Source: Bradymonadia bacterium
Lineage (GTDB): Bacteria; Myxococcota_A; Bradymonadia; UBA7976; UBA1532
DNA: 64,000 bases
Direction of reading: 5' to 3'
Assembly: GCA_049318805.1 (NCBI GenBank)
Contig: JBMOFP010000003.1
Span: 5,702-69,701 of the forward strand
Part shown: positions 36,449 through 45,435 of the stretch, piece by piece
How the letters are laid out: every line of letters begins with the position of its first letter
Position numbering within the stretch: the stretch's first letter is position 1
Made by a program: the position numbers and the translations under genes
Notes under the pieces: model-generated
What the model saw: the letters and a program-made list of their open reading frames with translations, nothing else
Databases searched by the model: none
Told to the model about the DNA's origin: nothing

Positions 36449-37525
36449 ATGGGTCCTGGACCCGGGGGCGTCGCGTTCATGCTGACGGCGGTCGTCGTCG
36501 TCGTCTGTTTCGCGCTCGTAGGCCTCGTGCGCTCGGCCCTGCAGTGGCTGGTCGCCTGGGTGCTCGGCGCCCGACCGTTGCACCTGATCGTCGGGGTCGG
36601 GCCGGCCATCTTTCGCCGGGGCATCGCGGGTGTGCCCCTCGAGATCCGCGCCGTACCGCTGGGCGGTCACGTGCAGTGGGGGGATACACCCTACGCCGTG
36701 CCGCCCCCGGGACCGCTGGGCGCGAGATTCGCGCTGGCGCTGTCCGGACCCCTCGCGACGCTGGTCCTCGCGTTCTTTTTGCTGTTCGGTCTGCACGTCT
36801 CGTTTCAGGCGCGCACGGTCGAAGGGCGGCCCGTCGCGACGAACGTGGTCTCGCTGCCGCTGGGCAGCGCGGTCGCCGCCGGTCTGCGTCCGGGCGACGT
36901 CATCACCGCGGTCGACGGGCAATCGGTCGAGTTCCATGACGAGATCGTCGGGCTCGTCGGTCGAAGTGGGGGGCGTGCCCTCGAGGTGACGGTCTCGCGT
37001 CCGCCCCCGGGTACGCCGTCCAGGGACGACCACATTCGCGGCACGCTCATGGGGCGCGCGCTGCTGGGGCCGAAAGTCGACGCGTCGTGGAGCGAGCTGG
37101 AGCTCACCGTCCAGCCCGAGCCGACGCCGCGGGGGTACGAACTCGGCGTGGAGCCCCGTGTGGGGCGCTTTGGCACCGACCGATGGGCGTCGGCGTTGGG
37201 CTTCGCCGGAGCCGAGCTCGGGGCGAGCCTGGTCGAGCTGCTGGGGCCGCGCCCGGGGCCGCTGTCGATCCTGCCGACGGTCGACGCGTGGTGGGGCCCC
37301 TTCTTTCACCTGCTCGCGCAGATCGCCCTCGTCGCGTTCATCGTCAACCTGGCCTTGCCCGCGCACGACCTGCACCGCCTTTGCCTGCTGGCCTTCGAGC
37401 TCGTTCTGCGTCGGCCGGTCCGACCCAACGCCGAGCTCGCGCTCGTTCGCTTCGAGCTGCTGCTCTTGCTGGTCCTGGTGGTCGCGTGGATCGCGCGGGA
37501 CGTCGTCACACTCCTGAACGGTTGA
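36449..37525 (+). CDS. site-2 protease (M50/RseP-like) homologue with PDZ domain and a degenerate HExxH motif
   Basis: The first TM region aligns with RseP HEFGHFWVARRCGV...SIGFGP, but reads ALQWLVAWVLGARPLHLIVGVGP (H, E and H lost). PDZ-like segment GLRPGDVITAVDGQSV. The LDGGH region reads LPAHDLH. Alternative start at 36479. Confidence 0.65.
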   Translation: MGPGPGGVAFMLTAVVVVVCFALVGLVRSALQWLVAWVLGARPLHLIVGVGPAIFRRGIAGVPLEIRAVPLGGHVQWGDTPYAVPPPGPLGARFALALSGPLATLVLAFFLLFGLHVSFQARTVEGRPVATNVVSLPLGSAVAAGLRPGDVITAVDGQSVEFHDEIVGLVGRSGGRALEVTVSRPPPGTPSRDDHIRGTLMGRALLGPKVDASWSELELTVQPEPTPRGYELGVEPRVGRFGTDRWASALGFAGAELGASLVELLGPRPGPLSILPTVDAWWGPFFHLLAQIALVAFIVNLALPAHDLHRLCLLAFELVLRRPVRPNAELALVRFELLLLLVLVVAWIARDVVTLLNG

Positions 37526-37533
37526 GGCCCGCC

Positions 37534-38487
37534 TTGAAGTTCGCGTTTCGCGTCGCCCTCGCCTGTGCCACCGCCACGACCGCATGCAGCGTGGACGACG
37601 CCGACCCTTGCGCCGAGGGCGAGCCCTTCGCCGAGTCGACCCTGCGCGCACGCGTCGAGACGCTCGCCGCACAAGAGCGGGGTGGGCGCCTGCCGGGCTC
37701 CGCGGGGGACGAGGCCACCCGCGACGACCTGCGCGCGCTGCTCGGCTGCTTCGGCCTGGAGGCCCCCGAGGGGGGCTTCGTGCAGCCCTTCGTCGATGGA
37801 GAGGGGCGGTCCACGGGCAACGTCGTGGGGATTCTCCGGGGCGGCGATCCCGAGGTCGCCGACGAGGTCATCGTGCTCGGCGCGCACCACGACCACCTGG
37901 GGCAGGACGAGACCGGGGTCTACGCGGGGGCCAACGACGACGCCTCGGGGGTCGCCGCGCTCCTCTCGGTCGCCCAGGCCATGGCGGCGCGGGACACCCC
38001 GCCGCGGCGCACCGTCGTCTTCGCGATGTTCGGCGCCGAGGAGCTGGACCTCGATGGCTCGAGCTTCTACGTGGAGAACCCGCCCCCGGGGCTGTCCATG
38101 GACGCGACGGTCTTCATGATCCAGCTCGACATGGTGGGGACCTACGCCCAGGCGGGTCAGGTCTACGCCCTCGACGCCGCCCCGGGGACACGGGGGCGCG
38201 CCGCCGTCGAGGCTCAGCTCTCGGACTTCCCCGACCTCGAGGTGAACCTCGACGAGCCCGGGGACAGCTCGGACCAGGTCAACTTCTGCGACGCCGGGGT
38301 GCCGACGCTGTTCTTCCACACCCCCGACGAGGCCTGCTACCACCAGACCTGCGACACGCCGGAGAACCTGGACTACGTGCACCTGGCGATGATCGCCGAG
38401 CTCGTCGACGCCACGGTCCGCGAGCTCGCCGACAGCGATGCAGACCTCGCGGCGGAGCGGGGCGAGGGGTGTCCGCAGGCAGAGTGA
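37534..38487 (+). CDS. M28 family Zn-aminopeptidase lipoprotein
   Basis: TTG start gives a lipoprotein signal LKFAFRVALACATATTACS. M28 motifs VLGAHHDHLG, GANDDASGVAALL, MFGAEE. Confidence 0.8.
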   Translation: MKFAFRVALACATATTACSVDDADPCAEGEPFAESTLRARVETLAAQERGGRLPGSAGDEATRDDLRALLGCFGLEAPEGGFVQPFVDGEGRSTGNVVGILRGGDPEVADEVIVLGAHHDHLGQDETGVYAGANDDASGVAALLSVAQAMAARDTPPRRTVVFAMFGAEELDLDGSSFYVENPPPGLSMDATVFMIQLDMVGTYAQAGQVYALDAAPGTRGRAAVEAQLSDFPDLEVNLDEPGDSSDQVNFCDAGVPTLFFHTPDEACYHQTCDTPENLDYVHLAMIAELVDATVRELADSDADLAAERGEGCPQAE

Positions 38488-38538
38488 ACCCCGGCGGTCC
38501 GGTGCCTGGCAGGACGCTCGGACCTGACCACTCGCGCT

Positions 38539-39249
38539 TCAGAAATACAGTCCCAGTCGGGCGTCCAGGCTCACCCGGTGAGGCCAGTCGTGGAAGACGG
38601 CCTTGGGTGAGCTCTCGTACGCATTATCGTCGTCGAATTCGACCTCTTGTTCGACCCAGCGTTTGCTGGCCATGAGTGAAACGAACGCCCCGCTCGAGCC
38701 GCCCACGGCCAGAGTGAAGCCGGCCCCGATCTGCGCGTGGGACTGCGAGATTTCGCCCTCGAACGAGCCAGATGACCTTTCGGCCAGCACCTTGTACTGA
38801 CCCGCAATCGCTCGGCCGGCCTCGAAAGCGCCCGTGAGAAAGAAGCTCCGGTCATCGTCGAGCGGGATGTCGACCTCGGTCCCAAGGACCAGCGACGTCG
38901 TGGAACTGCTCTGTTCCATGTCGCTGTCGTCCAGGTTGCGGTCGGTGCGCTCGTATTCGATGCCGACCTGCAACTGCAGGCCGGCCGTCACGAAGTACCC
39001 GAATCTGGGCGAGAATCGGTACTGATCCACGCTGCCACTGACTTTGCTCTCGTCGTCCTCGGGTTCCCTCCAATCGCTCCGCTCGATGTTCTGGTCAATC
39101 GCGGTCGTCGAGACCGAGAACGCCCCCGACAGTGTCCTCTTGGAGACTTGACCGAAACGCGCCGGGTCCGCGAGCGCAGTTCCAACGCCGACTGTGTTCA
39201 GAATGAATGGGGTGAGCGCGAGGAGAGACAGACGTTTGGTGGTCGACAT
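38539..39249 (-). CDS. outer-membrane beta-barrel protein (OmpA/OmpW-like), lower GC than neighbours
   Basis: Signal peptide MSTTKRLSLLALTPFILNTVGVGTALA. Alternating amphipathic beta-strands. C-terminal ...RLGLYF with a terminal Phe. Confidence 0.65.
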   Translation of the reverse strand: MSTTKRLSLLALTPFILNTVGVGTALADPARFGQVSKRTLSGAFSVSTTAIDQNIERSDWREPEDDESKVSGSVDQYRFSPRFGYFVTAGLQLQVGIEYERTDRNLDDSDMEQSSSTTSLVLGTEVDIPLDDDRSFFLTGAFEAGRAIAGQYKVLAERSSGSFEGEISQSHAQIGAGFTLAVGGSSGAFVSLMASKRWVEQEVEFDDDNAYESSPKAVFHDWPHRVSLDARLGLYF

Positions 39250-39358
39250 GACTTCACACTGCCTTCGGTCGATGGTTGTAATGACTCCATTCAGCAATGG
39301 GCATGCCATCGAGAGTGCCGGGGCCGCGGAACGCGCCGACGTTGATCGAGCAAGGAAA

Positions 39359-39404
39359 GTGACGTCACACGTTCGGCGGAGATGACACTGTGTCATGTGA
39401 CACC
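39359..39404. promoter_or_regulatory. cluster of perfect palindromes (GTGACGTCAC; ATGACACTGTGTCAT; GTGACAC half-site) in a low-GC intergenic region, candidate LysR-type (T-N11-A) operator
   Basis: Read directly from the sequence: GTGACGTCAC at 39359-39368, ATGACAC-T-GTGTCAT at 39382-39396, and GTGACAC at 39397-39403. They sit between the LysR gene end and the OMP gene start. Confidence 0.4.
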
Positions 39405-39436
39405 GCCCGCCATCGGTCGCCGGTGGCGGTGCCGGA

Positions 39437-40336
39437 TCAACCGAGCGGGGCGACCGCGTCGCGCAGCATCTGCAAAAGCGCGTCCACGGCGGGACTCGAG
39501 GTGGGCCGTGAGGGCATCAACGCGTAGAGGCTGACCGACTTCCAGATCCAGCCGGGGCAGAGGTCGACGAGCCGGCCCGCCTCGAGGTGGGCGCGCAGCC
39601 CGTACATCGGAAAGACCCCCACGCCTGCGCCCGCGAGCATCAGCGCGAGCACCGCCTCGCCCGTGTTGGCCTCCGCGCGGACGTGAGGCGTCAGCTCGTC
39701 TGCTGCACCGTCCGGTCCGATGAAACGCATCGGGCCTGGGGACAGGAGCGCATGGCGCACCCACGGCGCGTGGGCCAACTCCCGGGGACGAGACACCGAA
39801 CCGAGCGTCTCGGCCAATGCGGGGGAGGCGACGATGGGCTCGTCGAACGTCGCCAGTTTCCGCGCCACGAAGATGGACGACCTCGGCGCCCCGAGACGCA
39901 CGGCGACGTCGATGTTCTGCGCCAGGATGTCGTGCGGGGCATCGTCGGCGACGATCTCGACGCGCAGTTTCGGCCACGCCCGCACCATCCTCGCCACAAC
40001 GGGCGCGACCAGCTGTGGTGCCAGATCGACCGTGGTCGCCACCCGCAACGAGCCCGCCGGTTCGCGTTGGGCCTCGGCCAGCCGATGCCCCAGGTTCGAC
40101 AGCACATCCGTGACCTGTAGTACGGAGTCGAGCACATCCTGACCGGTCTGCGTGAGTCGCAGGCGGCGCGTCGTGCGCTCGAGAAGGCGTACGCCGCACT
40201 GGGCCTCGAGCTGCCGCACGCGGTCGCTCACCACGCTCTTCGAGAGCTTGAGCTCCGCCGACGCACCGGTGAACGAGCCGTGCCGTACGACCGCGGCGAA
40301 GGCCAACAGGAGCGGACCGTCGGCGGCAGTGATCAT
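39437..40336 (-). CDS. LysR-family transcriptional regulator
   Basis: N-terminal HTH LLLAFAAVVRHGSFTGASAELKLSKSVVSDRVRQLE. LysR substrate-binding domain. Confidence 0.85.
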   Translation of the reverse strand: MITAADGPLLLAFAAVVRHGSFTGASAELKLSKSVVSDRVRQLEAQCGVRLLERTTRRLRLTQTGQDVLDSVLQVTDVLSNLGHRLAEAQREPAGSLRVATTVDLAPQLVAPVVARMVRAWPKLRVEIVADDAPHDILAQNIDVAVRLGAPRSSIFVARKLATFDEPIVASPALAETLGSVSRPRELAHAPWVRHALLSPGPMRFIGPDGAADELTPHVRAEANTGEAVLALMLAGAGVGVFPMYGLRAHLEAGRLVDLCPGWIWKSVSLYALMPSRPTSSPAVDALLQMLRDAVAPLG

Positions 40337-40432
40337 TGTTCGGAAGTACCGAACACTGATTGCGGAATCAACCGATTGTTCGGGAACGCGTGGGGCGCAA
40401 CCCTGAAGCCGGTCGAGTCACCCCCCCGAACG

Positions 40433-40858
40433 ATGGAGAGAGTCATGAACACCGAAGCCGCCCGTGCCCTCGTCGCCCCCTTCTACGACGCCCTGAATCA
40501 GCCTGCCGCGAAGGATGTCCGCGCCCTCGTGGAGTCCGTCGTTCACCCCGAATGGCGCTCCTTCGCCGGTGAGAACCTCAGCAAGGACCGCGACGCCTTC
40601 ATCGGGCAGGTGCTCGGCTTCGGCAAGCTGATCCCCGACCTCACCTGGGAGATCAAAGAGGTCGTGGCCGCCGACGGTAAGATCGTGGTGCGCAGCGAGG
40701 CCCGCGGGACGCCGGCCGGCGACTTCATGGGCGTGCCCCACAGCGGGCGCGGCTTCGCCATCATGACGCTCGACCTGCACACGGTGCGCGATGGCCGGCT
40801 GGTTCGCGCCGACCACGTGGAGGATTGGGCCCTGGCGCTGCGTCAGCTCCGCGGCTGA
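40433..40858 (+). CDS. SnoaL-like ester cyclase / NTF2-fold protein
   Basis: Divergent from the LysR gene. SnoaL-like polyketide-cyclase pattern (VAPFYDALNQ..., IKEVVAADGKIVV, DHVEDW). Confidence 0.7.
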   Translation: MERVMNTEAARALVAPFYDALNQPAAKDVRALVESVVHPEWRSFAGENLSKDRDAFIGQVLGFGKLIPDLTWEIKEVVAADGKIVVRSEARGTPAGDFMGVPHSGRGFAIMTLDLHTVRDGRLVRADHVEDWALALRQLRG

Positions 40859-41586
40859 GCGCCCCCGGCGAGGGTCGCCGGAGCCTCGCCGCCGTAGTTC
40901 TTCTCGAGGTACGCCACGATGTCGTCGGACTCGTAGATCGCCGTCTCGGTGTTCGCGTCCTCGAGGAAGGGGACCTGCATCTTGCCGCCTCGGGCGACGA
41001 GCTCGCCGCGCAGGCGCCCGTTCTTCGCCACGTTGCGGCAGAGGTACTCGAGGTTCAGGCGGCACAGCGCTTCCCGGACCTTGCGGCAGTAGGGCGAGGC
41101 CTCGAAACCCCACAGGACGAGGCGGTGCTCGGGCTGAATGCGGATCGCCGACGGCGCGTAGGTCGTGCCGCCTCGACTCCGCAACACCGAGGTGAGGGTG
41201 GAGCCGAGGTCGTCGAGCGGAGAGATCCGGCGCCGCCAGCGGGCCCGGGGCGTGCGGTAGGTCGCGTGCACGTAGTCGATGATGTCCTCGGACTCGAAGA
41301 GCCGCGCCCCGGTGTTCGGGTCCACGAGGAACGGGAACTGCTGGTGCCCCATGAGGCGCAGCACGGTCTCCCGGTGGTTCGAGCCCCGTGCGCACGGTCG
41401 CGCGACGTACTCGAGGTCGAGCTCCGAGAGCGTCTCGCGGACCTTGCGGCAGTAAGGGCAGGACTCGAACTCGTACAGCTCGAGGGGCAGCTCGGGGAGG
41501 CGGGTGGCGGGCGCCGTGACACTCAGCCCGCGCCCGAGACGCGCGACGGACGCGGCGTAGCTGTGAACGTTGTCGAGGGTGGACAT
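40843..41586 (-). CDS. tandem glutaredoxin/GST-N-like thioredoxin-fold protein (two CPYC motifs)
   Basis: Two repeats of LYEFESCPYCRKVRE and LWGFEASPYCRKVRE, each followed by an FL(V/E)DxN region. Confidence 0.7.
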   Translation of the reverse strand: MSTLDNVHSYAASVARLGRGLSVTAPATRLPELPLELYEFESCPYCRKVRETLSELDLEYVARPCARGSNHRETVLRLMGHQQFPFLVDPNTGARLFESEDIIDYVHATYRTPRARWRRRISPLDDLGSTLTSVLRSRGGTTYAPSAIRIQPEHRLVLWGFEASPYCRKVREALCRLNLEYLCRNVAKNGRLRGELVARGGKMQVPFLEDANTETAIYESDDIVAYLEKNYGGEAPATLAGGAQPRS

Positions 41587-41646
41587 GGGGACGGCGTTAC
41601 CGGTTGACGTGGGGCGTGTCAATTCGGGGCCCGGTCGTCTGGCGGC

Positions 41647-43350
41647 GTGTCGTACTCTGCGTTCATGCGCGCGACACACCGTCTGACCTGGGTTCTGGCC
41701 GCGATGCTGGGCTGCGCCGAGAGCGGGCGCGACGCCGATGTGGCGGACGCGCAGTCGCCGAGGGTCCCGCGCCTCGACGCCGACGTGACGGGGCCCGTCC
41801 CTGTCGCGGACCTGGGGTCGGCCCGCGACGGTCTACGCCCGCCCGCGGATGCGTCCGTGCAGGCCGCCGACGCCGCGCGAGACCTCGGCGTTCCGCCGGA
41901 CGCCGCGCCTACGGGTGCGGACGCGACGCCCCCGCCGGCCGTCGATGCGGCGCCCATCCCGGTCGTCGACGCCGGGCCCGCACCCGACTTGGACGCCGCG
42001 CTCGCCCCCGCGGACGCCGCCGCCCCCGTGCACCCCGCGCTCCCCTGGGACGACGACCCCTGCGCGACCCTCGACGTCGGCGACGATCCCTACGCCGGTC
42101 CGGTCGCTCGATTCACCGCCGCCGACGACGCCGCACCCCCGCCTCAGGGCGGACTCGTCGTGCTCGGCTCTTCGACGGTGCGTCGTTGGGAGGATGCCCA
42201 GCGCCTGCTTTCGGCCTGGGACCCGCTGCAACGGGGCCTCGGAGGCGCGCGTCTCGTCGACCTCGCGCGGTGGACCGAGCCGCTCGTCGTCCGCCACGCC
42301 CCCTCGGGCGTGCTCGTTTTCGCCGGCACGAACGACATCGCCGCCGGCCGCACCGTGGAACAGACCGTCGATGCGTTCCGCTGCCTGGTCACACGGGTGG
42401 ACGCGGCGCAGCCCGGGACGCCGGTGCTCTACATCGGCATCACACCGGCGCCGTCGCGATGGGGGTCCTGGCCCGCCGCGGCGGAGGTGAACGCACGCAT
42501 CGCCGCGCTGGCCGATCAGCACCCCAGCATCGTCTACGTGGACACACCCGCGGCGTTCCTGGAGACAGGCAGCCCGCCGGATCCGTCGCTCTTCGTCGGC
42601 GACCTGCTCCACCTCTCGGACACAGGCTATGCGCTGTGGGGGGACCTGGTGCGCGACGCCGTCGAGGCCCATGTGCCGCGTGCGGTGTCCCCTCTGCCCC
42701 CAGGTCCGCCCCCGGGCACCTACCTGCGCGTCGATCTGGGGCCCTTCAACCCCGAAGATGGCCGCCTCGCTCCGGCCTCGGACCGCTTCGACATCCGGTG
42801 GAATGCGTGGCCCGACGCTCGCGGCGGCGACCAGGTGCTCGCGGGCGAGGCGCTCCGTGGCCTGGTCTCCACACGGGGTGACCGCACTCAGGTGGACCTG
42901 CTCATCGCCGGCGGCTTTCGCTCCAACGGGCTCCGCAATGGCGGCTTGCTCGCGCCGGACTTCGCCCACCTCGGCACCCTCGCCGTGCCCGAGGCCACGG
43001 AGGACTTCTTTTTTACCGGCGGTTCCGACGATCCCGCCGGGCTCACCTTCTCCGGGCTCTCCCCGGATGCGACCCATACGCTGCGCCTCTTCGCGAGCCG
43101 AGCGAGCGGCGACGAGCGTCGGACGACACGCTTCATCGTCTACGGCGGCGGGCCCTCCAGCGAGGCCACGGTGCTCACGACGGGGCCGGGCATCGGCGTG
43201 AACGGCGGCGACGCGAACGTGAGCGAGCTCGTGGTCTTCACCGGGCTCGTGCCCGACACGCGCGGTCGGCTGCACCTCGACGTCCGCATCGACGCGGGGC
43301 AGTTCGCCTACCTGAATCTGCTGGAGCTCGAGGTCGAGGCGGCCCGCTGA
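41647..43350 (+). CDS. SGNH/GDSL hydrolase-family lipoprotein with C-terminal beta-sandwich-like domain
   Basis: Signal peptide or lipobox (MRATHRLTWVLAAMLGCAESG; alternative ATG at 41665). An Ala/Asp/Pro-rich linker. SGNH blocks VVLGSST, FAGTNDIAAG, DLLHLSDTGY. Confidence 0.75.
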   Translation: MSYSAFMRATHRLTWVLAAMLGCAESGRDADVADAQSPRVPRLDADVTGPVPVADLGSARDGLRPPADASVQAADAARDLGVPPDAAPTGADATPPPAVDAAPIPVVDAGPAPDLDAALAPADAAAPVHPALPWDDDPCATLDVGDDPYAGPVARFTAADDAAPPPQGGLVVLGSSTVRRWEDAQRLLSAWDPLQRGLGGARLVDLARWTEPLVVRHAPSGVLVFAGTNDIAAGRTVEQTVDAFRCLVTRVDAAQPGTPVLYIGITPAPSRWGSWPAAAEVNARIAALADQHPSIVYVDTPAAFLETGSPPDPSLFVGDLLHLSDTGYALWGDLVRDAVEAHVPRAVSPLPPGPPPGTYLRVDLGPFNPEDGRLAPASDRFDIRWNAWPDARGGDQVLAGEALRGLVSTRGDRTQVDLLIAGGFRSNGLRNGGLLAPDFAHLGTLAVPEATEDFFFTGGSDDPAGLTFSGLSPDATHTLRLFASRASGDERRTTRFIVYGGGPSSEATVLTTGPGIGVNGGDANVSELVVFTGLVPDTRGRLHLDVRIDAGQFAYLNLLELEVEAAR

Positions 43351-43354
43351 GGCG

Positions 43355-45292
43355 TCAGTCTTTCGCGCTCCACCGCACCAGCACGGACCGGTCCTTCTCC
43401 GTGGGAGCGCGCTCGCCCAAGCGCGGGTTCGGAGAGCGGTCCGTGAGGTTCCAGACCTCGATGGACCGCACCTGGGCGTCCGGCGGTAGCCCCAACCGTT
43501 GCACCGGCTTCCGCAGCCACCGGGTGAGCTCGCCGCGGTACGCCTTGTAGCGCTCCTGGGGCAGCCGCATCACGTAGCTGCCCCAGAACTGCCCGTAGTC
43601 GATCCGGCCCGCCGTCTCGAGGTCGAAGTCGGGCAGCCGACCGGTCTGCGGATCCACGTGGGTGCCGTCCGCGAGGGTGACGTCGACGACGAACCGGTTG
43701 TCGTCCAGGGGCACCTCGGGCGCGAACATGCTCCAGCTCTGGAAGGTGCGGGTGTACGCGATGAACGCGCGAATCCAACGGGGCGCGTCGTAGGGCGCGA
43801 CGCCCCGTATGGCCGGGTTCACCGAGCCGGCCTCGATCAGCAGAACGACGAGGACCGCGACCGTGAGGGCCTCGCGGGTGAGCGTCCGGCCGCGACGCCA
43901 CGCGACCTCGACGCCGCTCGGCGTCGGCGCCTCGGGCACCGCTTCGTTCGCCCTCGGCAGGCCGCACGCGGGCAAGCCCAGGTAGATGCTGACCTGGACC
44001 CGATGCGCGGCGAGGCGTCGATACCCGGCCTCGAGCAGGCCCCGGACGCCCGGCAAGCCCCCGACGAAGGGCGCGAGGCCGAGGCCGGGCACCGCCGACG
44101 CGAGGCGAAGGCACGCCGCGGCGCCCCCCGAGACCTCGCCACGCCGTTCGTCGTACACCACGAGCTCGTGGGCCCGACGGGCTTCCAACGCCGCCCTGTC
44201 GACGCCGGGCGGGAGCGGGATCGTCTCGCCGTACCCGACCCAGACGAGGCGGTCGAGCACGTCGAGGCGGTCGAAGAGGCGCGCCGTGCCGTGGCAGATG
44301 CCGCAGTCCGCGTCGTAGTAGACGAAGCGGGCGCCCGCACGCCGCGTGCGTGCCCACGCGCCGAGTCGGTCCAGGTCCACGGCGGGCAGCAGCACGAGGA
44401 GCCCCACGAGCATCGAATACGAGAACAGCCCGACGTCCACCAGGAGCGCGATGCCGAGGTGCAGGCCGGCGAGCGAGACCAGCACGAGGCGTCTGCACAG
44501 CGCCGTTCGCCACGGTGAGAAGATCAGGAGCGGGGCCGCACCCTCGATGACGAGCGTGCCCCACGTGAGCGCGTGGTCCAGCCCGAGGGGCAGCCCCAGG
44601 TCACGGAGCCAGACCCCGAACGTCGTCACGAACTTGTCCATCTCGAGCACGTACGAGATCGCCACGCCGTCTCGCCACGAGGCGCCGCCTTTGTGCACCG
44701 CGTTGAAGACGTAGACGATCGCGAGCTGCACCAGGACCGCGGTGACCGCAAACCGGCGTACGGGGGCGCGGTCTCGTACACGCGGCCCGGCGAGCGCCTC
44801 GGGGCCAGGCTCCGGTCGATCGCGCAGGTCCGCGAGGACGGCGTCCACCGAGAAGCGTCGACCCAGCGGCAGGGCCTGCGCCCACAGCCACCAGATCTGC
44901 TGAATCACATCCCCGCCGTTCTCCAGCAGGGGGTTGCGTGCATGCACGCTGAGCATGACGAGCCAGCCCAGGAAACCCGTGAGGCGTGTGCGGAAGCCGA
45001 GCCCGAAGGCCACGAGCACCGCGGCGCCCACAGCGAAGAAGACCTGCACCTCCGCCGGGCGAGAGAGGCTCCACAGCAGGCTGAAGCTCCAGCCGTTGAC
45101 CGGCTCGAACAGCCCGAAGTGGTTCGAGAACACACCGTCGTTCGAATAGAACGTCGAAATCCAAGGCCATCGGCGCAGCAGATCCACGAGCGCCAGCGTG
45201 GCGAGCGCGATCCGGAAGAGGGCCAGTGCTCTGGGGTCAGCGGCGACCCAGGTGTCGAAGCGTCGATGCGGCGCAGGCCCGACTTCGCTCAT
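43355..45292 (-). CDS. HTTM-domain (vitamin-K-dependent gamma-carboxylase-like) membrane protein with an embedded DCC-type thiol-disulfide oxidoreductase (DUF393) domain
   Basis: ATG at 45292 (MSEVGP...). HTTM region DPRALALFRIALATLALVDLL with multiple TM helices. DCC motif FVYYDADCGICHG. A C-terminal domain of about 200 aa. Confidence 0.75.
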   Translation of the reverse strand: MSEVGPAPHRRFDTWVAADPRALALFRIALATLALVDLLRRWPWISTFYSNDGVFSNHFGLFEPVNGWSFSLLWSLSRPAEVQVFFAVGAAVLVAFGLGFRTRLTGFLGWLVMLSVHARNPLLENGGDVIQQIWWLWAQALPLGRRFSVDAVLADLRDRPEPGPEALAGPRVRDRAPVRRFAVTAVLVQLAIVYVFNAVHKGGASWRDGVAISYVLEMDKFVTTFGVWLRDLGLPLGLDHALTWGTLVIEGAAPLLIFSPWRTALCRRLVLVSLAGLHLGIALLVDVGLFSYSMLVGLLVLLPAVDLDRLGAWARTRRAGARFVYYDADCGICHGTARLFDRLDVLDRLVWVGYGETIPLPPGVDRAALEARRAHELVVYDERRGEVSGGAAACLRLASAVPGLGLAPFVGGLPGVRGLLEAGYRRLAAHRVQVSIYLGLPACGLPRANEAVPEAPTPSGVEVAWRRGRTLTREALTVAVLVVLLIEAGSVNPAIRGVAPYDAPRWIRAFIAYTRTFQSWSMFAPEVPLDDNRFVVDVTLADGTHVDPQTGRLPDFDLETAGRIDYGQFWGSYVMRLPQERYKAYRGELTRWLRKPVQRLGLPPDAQVRSIEVWNLTDRSPNPRLGERAPTEKDRSVLVRWSAKD

Positions 45293-45395
45293 GGCGACGA
45301 CGCTCCTCCGATTTCGGGATTGACACCAACGGGCACAGTAGGGAGGATGCGCGCGCCGCTGGCCCCGGAGCATGCGGCGAAATTGATAATGATTT

Positions 45396-45412
45396 CAAGG
45401 GCTTTTTGCCCT
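45396..45412. promoter_or_regulatory. palindrome AAGGGC-TTTTT-GCCCTT in a low-GC divergent intergenic region
   Basis: A 6 bp perfect inverted repeat around a T5 loop, inside an AT-rich patch (gaaattgataatgatttc...) between the HTTM gene start and a small ORF. Confidence 0.3.
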
Positions 45413-45435
45413 TCCAACCCTTACGGGAGGTCTCT

